A stretch of 64,000 nt of DNA from Clostridia bacterium (lineage in GTDB: Bacteria; Bacillota; Clostridia; Christensenellales; CAG-138): assembly GCA_036654235.1 (NCBI GenBank), contig JAVVSK010000001.1, positions 7,758-71,757 on the forward strand. The letters run 5' to 3'. Position 1 is the stretch's first letter; the number at the start of each line of letters is the position of its first letter. Shown here one piece after another: positions 60,272-64,000 of the stretch. Below the pieces are notes generated by a model, which did not search any database, had not been told where the DNA came from, and saw only the letters and a program-made list of their open reading frames with translations. The position numbers and the translations under genes are program-made.

Positions 60272-61461
60272 GCGAATATTCGGTTTCAGATATAAATGAA
60301 TATGTTGCAACGCTTTTATCCAATGATAAAATTTTAAAAAATATAACAATAAAAGGTGAGGTAAGCGGCTATCGGGAATATCCTTCGGGGCATCGTTATT
60401 TCGCCCTAAAAGACGAAATTGCTTCGATTCGCTGTGTATTTTTTAAGTTTAATGCATTGCGCCTGAACTTTAAGCCTAAGGATGGCATGAAGGTGAATGC
60501 TAAAGGTTATATCGGTCTATACGAAAAAGATGGGCAATATCAATTCTATGTTGAATCTCTTCGCGACGCTGGAACGGGAGATTTATATCAAAGTTTTTTA
60601 AAGACAAAAGCTAAGCTCGAAGCCCTAGGGTATTTTGACATTGACAGAAAGAAAAGTCTCCCGCTTCTCCCGCATAAAATAGGCGTAGTTACCTCAAGCG
60701 CGGGGGCTGTTATTTGCGATATAATAAATGTTACGAGAAGGCGTTTTCCCAGCATGGAAATCGTACTTTTTCATTCCTCGGTTCAGGGTGAAGACGCGCC
60801 ATATGAACTTGCTTCCGCTATTTCGAGCATAAATTTACTTACCGATGCTGACTTATTAATCGTTGGTCGCGGTGGCGGTAGCGCAGAGGATCTATCGGCT
60901 TTTAACAGTGAAATAGTCGCAAATGCAATCTACAACTCAAAAATACCCGTTATAAGCGCGGTTGGACACGAAACGGATTATACTATAGCCGACTTCGTTG
61001 CCGATTTGCGCGCTCCGACCCCATCAGCCGCTGCGGAACTTGCGGTTCCCGACTATTTCAAGCTCTGCAACTTAATTTTAGATAAAGCACGCTATATGAA
61101 TAATATATTAGATGGCGTTTATTACGGTATTTTACAGAGATTGCGTGTTTTTTGTGAATCAGGAGCTTATACATTGGTGACTGATAAGATTTTCAGGTAT
61201 GAAAACGATATAAAAAATCGTGTTTTGGAGATGGATAGGGCTATGAAGCGTTCTATTGACGATTTCAATCTAAGCTTATCATCAAAAATTGATATGCTCG
61301 ATAAAATCAATCCGGGAAACGTTCTAAAGCGCGGGTATTCAATACTAAAAAAGCGTGATGGAGAGATTTTAACAATTGATAATGCCGAAACGGGCGAAGA
61401 AGTTGATGCCGCGCTATTTGGCGGCACAATAAAAATGAAGGTTTCAGAGGTAAAGAAATAA
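60268..61461 (+). CDS. xseA: Exodeoxyribonuclease VII large subunit
   Basis: 397 aa. The N-terminal OB fold (SVSDINEYVATLL...ITIKGEVSGY...SGHRYFALKD) is followed by IGVVTSSAGAVICDI and GRGGGSAEDL. Confidence 0.95.
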   Translation: MSEYSVSDINEYVATLLSNDKILKNITIKGEVSGYREYPSGHRYFALKDEIASIRCVFFKFNALRLNFKPKDGMKVNAKGYIGLYEKDGQYQFYVESLRDAGTGDLYQSFLKTKAKLEALGYFDIDRKKSLPLLPHKIGVVTSSAGAVICDIINVTRRRFPSMEIVLFHSSVQGEDAPYELASAISSINLLTDADLLIVGRGGGSAEDLSAFNSEIVANAIYNSKIPVISAVGHETDYTIADFVADLRAPTPSAAAELAVPDYFKLCNLILDKARYMNNILDGVYYGILQRLRVFCESGAYTLVTDKIFRYENDIKNRVLEMDRAMKRSIDDFNLSLSSKIDMLDKINPGNVLKRGYSILKKRDGEILTIDNAETGEEVDAALFGGTIKMKVSEVKK

Positions 61462-61700
61462 TGGAAGAAAAATCGTTTGAAAGTTATATAAATGAGCTTG
61501 ATGATGTTACAAAACGCTTAACGGCAGGGAAATTGCCGCTTAACGATATGGTGAATTTATATGAAAAGGGTATGGAACTTGCGAAAATATGCATGGATAT
61601 GCTTAAAAACTATTCCGGAAGAATTGAAATTTTACGCGATGGCTCTCTCGAGGCATTTGATGGCGAGATGAAGGGAAATAATGAAAATGACGATATTTAA
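61461..61700 (+). CDS. xseB: Exodeoxyribonuclease VII small subunit
   Basis: 79 aa. SFESYINELDDVTKRLTAGKLPLNDMVNLYEKGMEL. TAATG overlap with xseA. Confidence 0.9.
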   Translation: MEEKSFESYINELDDVTKRLTAGKLPLNDMVNLYEKGMELAKICMDMLKNYSGRIEILRDGSLEAFDGEMKGNNENDDI

Positions 61701-62571
61701 AGAAAAGACCGCCTTTTATGGTGAAATGATTAATGCGCATTTAGAGACGATTTTAAAAGAAAAAGAGATTCCGCGCGGACTTTCCGAAGCTATGCTCTAT
61801 AGCGTAGAATCGGGGGGAAAACGTTTGCGCCCCGCAATGCTCCTTGCTACTACCGATATGTTTCACGGGGAATTGAAACGCGCTCTCCCCCTTGCTGCCG
61901 CTCTTGAAATGATACATACATATTCCCTTATCCATGACGATCTTCCATCTATGGATAACGATGATATACGCCGAGGGAAACCATCCAGCCACAAGCAATT
62001 TGGAGAAGCAACCGCGATTTTAGCCGGGGACGCATTGCTTACATATGCATTCCAGGAAATTTTAGACGGATGCCCTGAAATCGGGAATAAAGAATATCTA
62101 GAGGCCGGAGCTATGATAGCGAGGGCGGCGGGACCTGCTAAAATGGTTGCCGGACAGTTTATAGATGTTAATAACGATTCTCTTGGAGATGAGACTACTC
62201 TTGTTAGTCTTCACCGTCTTAAAACGGGAGCTCTTTTTGAAGCCGCTATGTATGCAGGGACTATTCTTACCGGCGGGCGCGATTATATTAAAAATATATT
62301 GGATTTTGCTGATGTATTTGGGATTTTATTTCAAATTACCGACGATATTTTAGATGCATCTGGTAATTCATTGCAGCTAGGGAAAGCGGTTCATAAAGAT
62401 GCGAAAATGAATAAGCTTACTTACGTTACCCTCTTTGGATTGGAGGGCGCGAAAAAACATGCCATTGAAATCTCTACTCTAGCTAAGGCACATTTGTCGT
62501 CAATAGATAAATGCTTTGATACCCAGTATTTTTTAGAGCTTATTGATTTTTGCGTGGAGAGAAATAACTAA
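61681..62571 (+). CDS. ispA: Polyprenyl (farnesyl/geranylgeranyl) diphosphate synthase
   Basis: 296 aa. GGKRLRP, first aspartate-rich motif LIHDDLPSMDNDDIRRGK, and second motif FQITDDILD. It sits in the canonical position after xseAB. Confidence 0.9.
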   Translation: MKMTIFKEKTAFYGEMINAHLETILKEKEIPRGLSEAMLYSVESGGKRLRPAMLLATTDMFHGELKRALPLAAALEMIHTYSLIHDDLPSMDNDDIRRGKPSSHKQFGEATAILAGDALLTYAFQEILDGCPEIGNKEYLEAGAMIARAAGPAKMVAGQFIDVNNDSLGDETTLVSLHRLKTGALFEAAMYAGTILTGGRDYIKNILDFADVFGILFQITDDILDASGNSLQLGKAVHKDAKMNKLTYVTLFGLEGAKKHAIEISTLAKAHLSSIDKCFDTQYFLELIDFCVERNN

Positions 62572-62572
62572 T

Positions 62573-63871
62573 ATGTTTGATAAAATCGCACATGAAAAAA
62601 GAATGGCTCAATTTCTCTGTGATAGATTTGGAATGTTTATTCATTTTGGACTTTACGCTATCCCCGCGCGCGGCGAATGGATAAGGAGCACAGAGCGCAT
62701 GAGCGAGGAAAATTATGCGCAATATTTTTATGAATTTAATCCAAAAAGATTTGATGCGAAAGTTATTGCGCGTGCCGCAAAAAACGCCGGCATGAAATAC
62801 GCTGTTTTAACGGCCAAGCATCACGATGGGTTCTGCCTATTTGATACTAAGACAACCGACTATAACGTCATGAATACTCCGTTTAAGCGCGATATCGTTT
62901 CCGAATTTCTTACCGCTTTTCGCGAGGAAGGACTTCGCGTTGGACTTTATTATTCCCTTATCGACTGGCATCATGAGGATTTTCCACATTATAATGATCC
63001 ATATCACCCTATGCGCGAAAACGACGCATATAAAGACGACGATCGCAACTTCGACCGCTATCTTTCGTATATGCATACGCAAATTCGCGAGCTTATCGAA
63101 AACTACGGTAAACTTGATATAATGTGGTTTGACTTTTCTTATGGTAAAATGCGAGGCGATAAATGGAGAGCAAAAGAGTTGATAGCGATGATCCGCGAAA
63201 AATTTCCGGATATAATAATCGACAATCGTCTTGAGGTTAGCGGAGAAGGGTTCGGAAGCCTTGTTACTGACGAAGTATCCGATTTTTCGGGAGACTTCGT
63301 AAGTCCTGAACAAATAATACCATGTGACGGTATCCTTAACTCAAAGGGCGAATCCGTCCCATGGGAGGCATGCATAACGCTCAACAACAATTGGGGCTAT
63401 TGCGAATCCGATAAAAACTATAAATCCGGAGAACAAATTATTAAGAAGCTCATTGAATGCGTATCTAAAAACGGGAATCTACTTCTCAATGTTTCTCCAA
63501 ACGCGATGGGTGAGCTAAACGATATAACGTTAAATATACTGAACGAAATTGGCGCATGGATGCGAAAAAACGGCGAAAGCATATATGCCTGCGGACATGT
63601 TGCCGATAAAATCGAAAACGGAAGAATAACGGGATGCGGGGAAAACATACGTTATTATCACATTATGGAACCAGCGATAAACGATATACCACTCTTTAAT
63701 CTTGATAAATCGCGCATAAAGTCAGTACGCCTTCTATCAACAGGAGCCGAGTTAAAACTTTCGGACTCATGGATAACCGACAACTATCCTGATATCGCTT
63801 TCGTTCGCCTAGGAGCTAACCCCGCTCTTCCGAATCCCGTTACAGTTATAAAGGTTGTTATGAAAGATTAA
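62573..63871 (+). CDS. GH29 alpha-L-fucosidase
   Basis: I chose the start at ATG 62573 (the track's upstream extension overlaps ispA). FGMFIHFGLYAIPARGEW, AKHHDGFCLFDT and LIDWHHEDF are GH29 hallmarks. Confidence 0.88.
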   Translation: MFDKIAHEKRMAQFLCDRFGMFIHFGLYAIPARGEWIRSTERMSEENYAQYFYEFNPKRFDAKVIARAAKNAGMKYAVLTAKHHDGFCLFDTKTTDYNVMNTPFKRDIVSEFLTAFREEGLRVGLYYSLIDWHHEDFPHYNDPYHPMRENDAYKDDDRNFDRYLSYMHTQIRELIENYGKLDIMWFDFSYGKMRGDKWRAKELIAMIREKFPDIIIDNRLEVSGEGFGSLVTDEVSDFSGDFVSPEQIIPCDGILNSKGESVPWEACITLNNNWGYCESDKNYKSGEQIIKKLIECVSKNGNLLLNVSPNAMGELNDITLNILNEIGAWMRKNGESIYACGHVADKIENGRITGCGENIRYYHIMEPAINDIPLFNLDKSRIKSVRLLSTGAELKLSDSWITDNYPDIAFVRLGANPALPNPVTVIKVVMKD

Positions 63872-64000
63872 TCTTTCCAAAAATACTGATAAAGAGTTGC
63901 GGTAAGACCGCCGTTACTGAGCTTTCTTCTTTTATCAGCGCGCTTTGAAAAAGCGCGCTCAAAGTCGGGATAAGCTGTTATTATATGCTTAGAACATTCC
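63868..64000 (-). CDS. 3' end of an unidentified gene continuing beyond the window
   Basis: An open frame on the - strand runs from the window edge to TAA (complement of 63868-63870): ...HIITAYPDFERAFSKRADKRRKLSNGGLTATLYQYFWKD*. It is too short for the ORF track and the product is unknown. Confidence 0.35.
   Translation of the reverse strand, partial: ECSKHIITAYPDFERAFSKRADKRRKLSNGGLTATLYQYFWKD

Noticed and set aside
63868-63871. Convergent genes sharing a palindromic stop region (aaagattaatcttt; both proteins end ..KD*)
   Set aside because: It is a real overlap, but it is explained trivially by the palindrome TTAA within the convergent stops. There is no evidence of function.

Overview
This window comes from a low-GC, endospore-forming, dockerin-using Firmicute that looks Clostridia-like. 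That inference rests on spoIVFA/spoIVFB-like genes, NfnAB, dockerin modules and AT-rich coding sequence. I see three zones.

(1) Ordinary housekeeping genes occupy about 1-17.5 kb, 33.6-44.1 kb and 59.2-64 kb. They include pdp, an SNF2 helicase, an M16 peptidase, yebC, a family-4 UDG, DegV, trxB, glmM, nfnAB, a fused nadD-yqeK, rsfS, a phosphoglucomutase-family gene, spoIVFA/FB-like genes, xseAB-ispA and a GH29 fucosidase.

(2) About 17.5-33.6 kb is a visibly GC-richer foreign island that is mostly a gene graveyard. It holds IS1182 and TnpB remnants, a truncated flavodoxin-like gene, a frameshifted PP2C-GHKL gene, three broken lipoprotein or binding-protein genes, and an ABC ATPase with three in-frame stops. 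It also holds a methyltransferase/GGDEF chimeric scrap and a sigma/HTH scrap. The island still keeps an intact and unusual polar-amino-acid-type ABC importer set:
- a free binding protein whose two half-domains are in reversed order;
- a bare permease;
- an ATPase with a C-terminal RsbW-like (GHKL) tail;
- a 1,474-aa lipoprotein with ten alternating binding-protein half-domains fused to a permease domain.
This importer set is my best candidate for something undescribed. An HD-CHAP fusion and a GH3 lipoprotein also survive in the island.

(3) About 44.1-59.3 kb holds a tandem family of roughly 1,460-aa secreted dockerin proteins in four states of preservation. One is intact. One is AT-eroded and carries an IS5 remnant. 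One is a 38-codon stub with ATG changed to ATT. One is full-length but broken by a G7 frameshift and a TAA codon. A dockerin-bearing HEXXH protein follows them.

Separately, a group IIC intron of about 780 nt with an eroded maturase ORF sits immediately behind the terminator of the phosphoglucomutase gene. Next to it lies a cytoplasmic PIN-like/LRR protein. I saw no tRNA, rRNA or CRISPR array. All domain calls are by-eye motif recognition and need HMM or structure confirmation.
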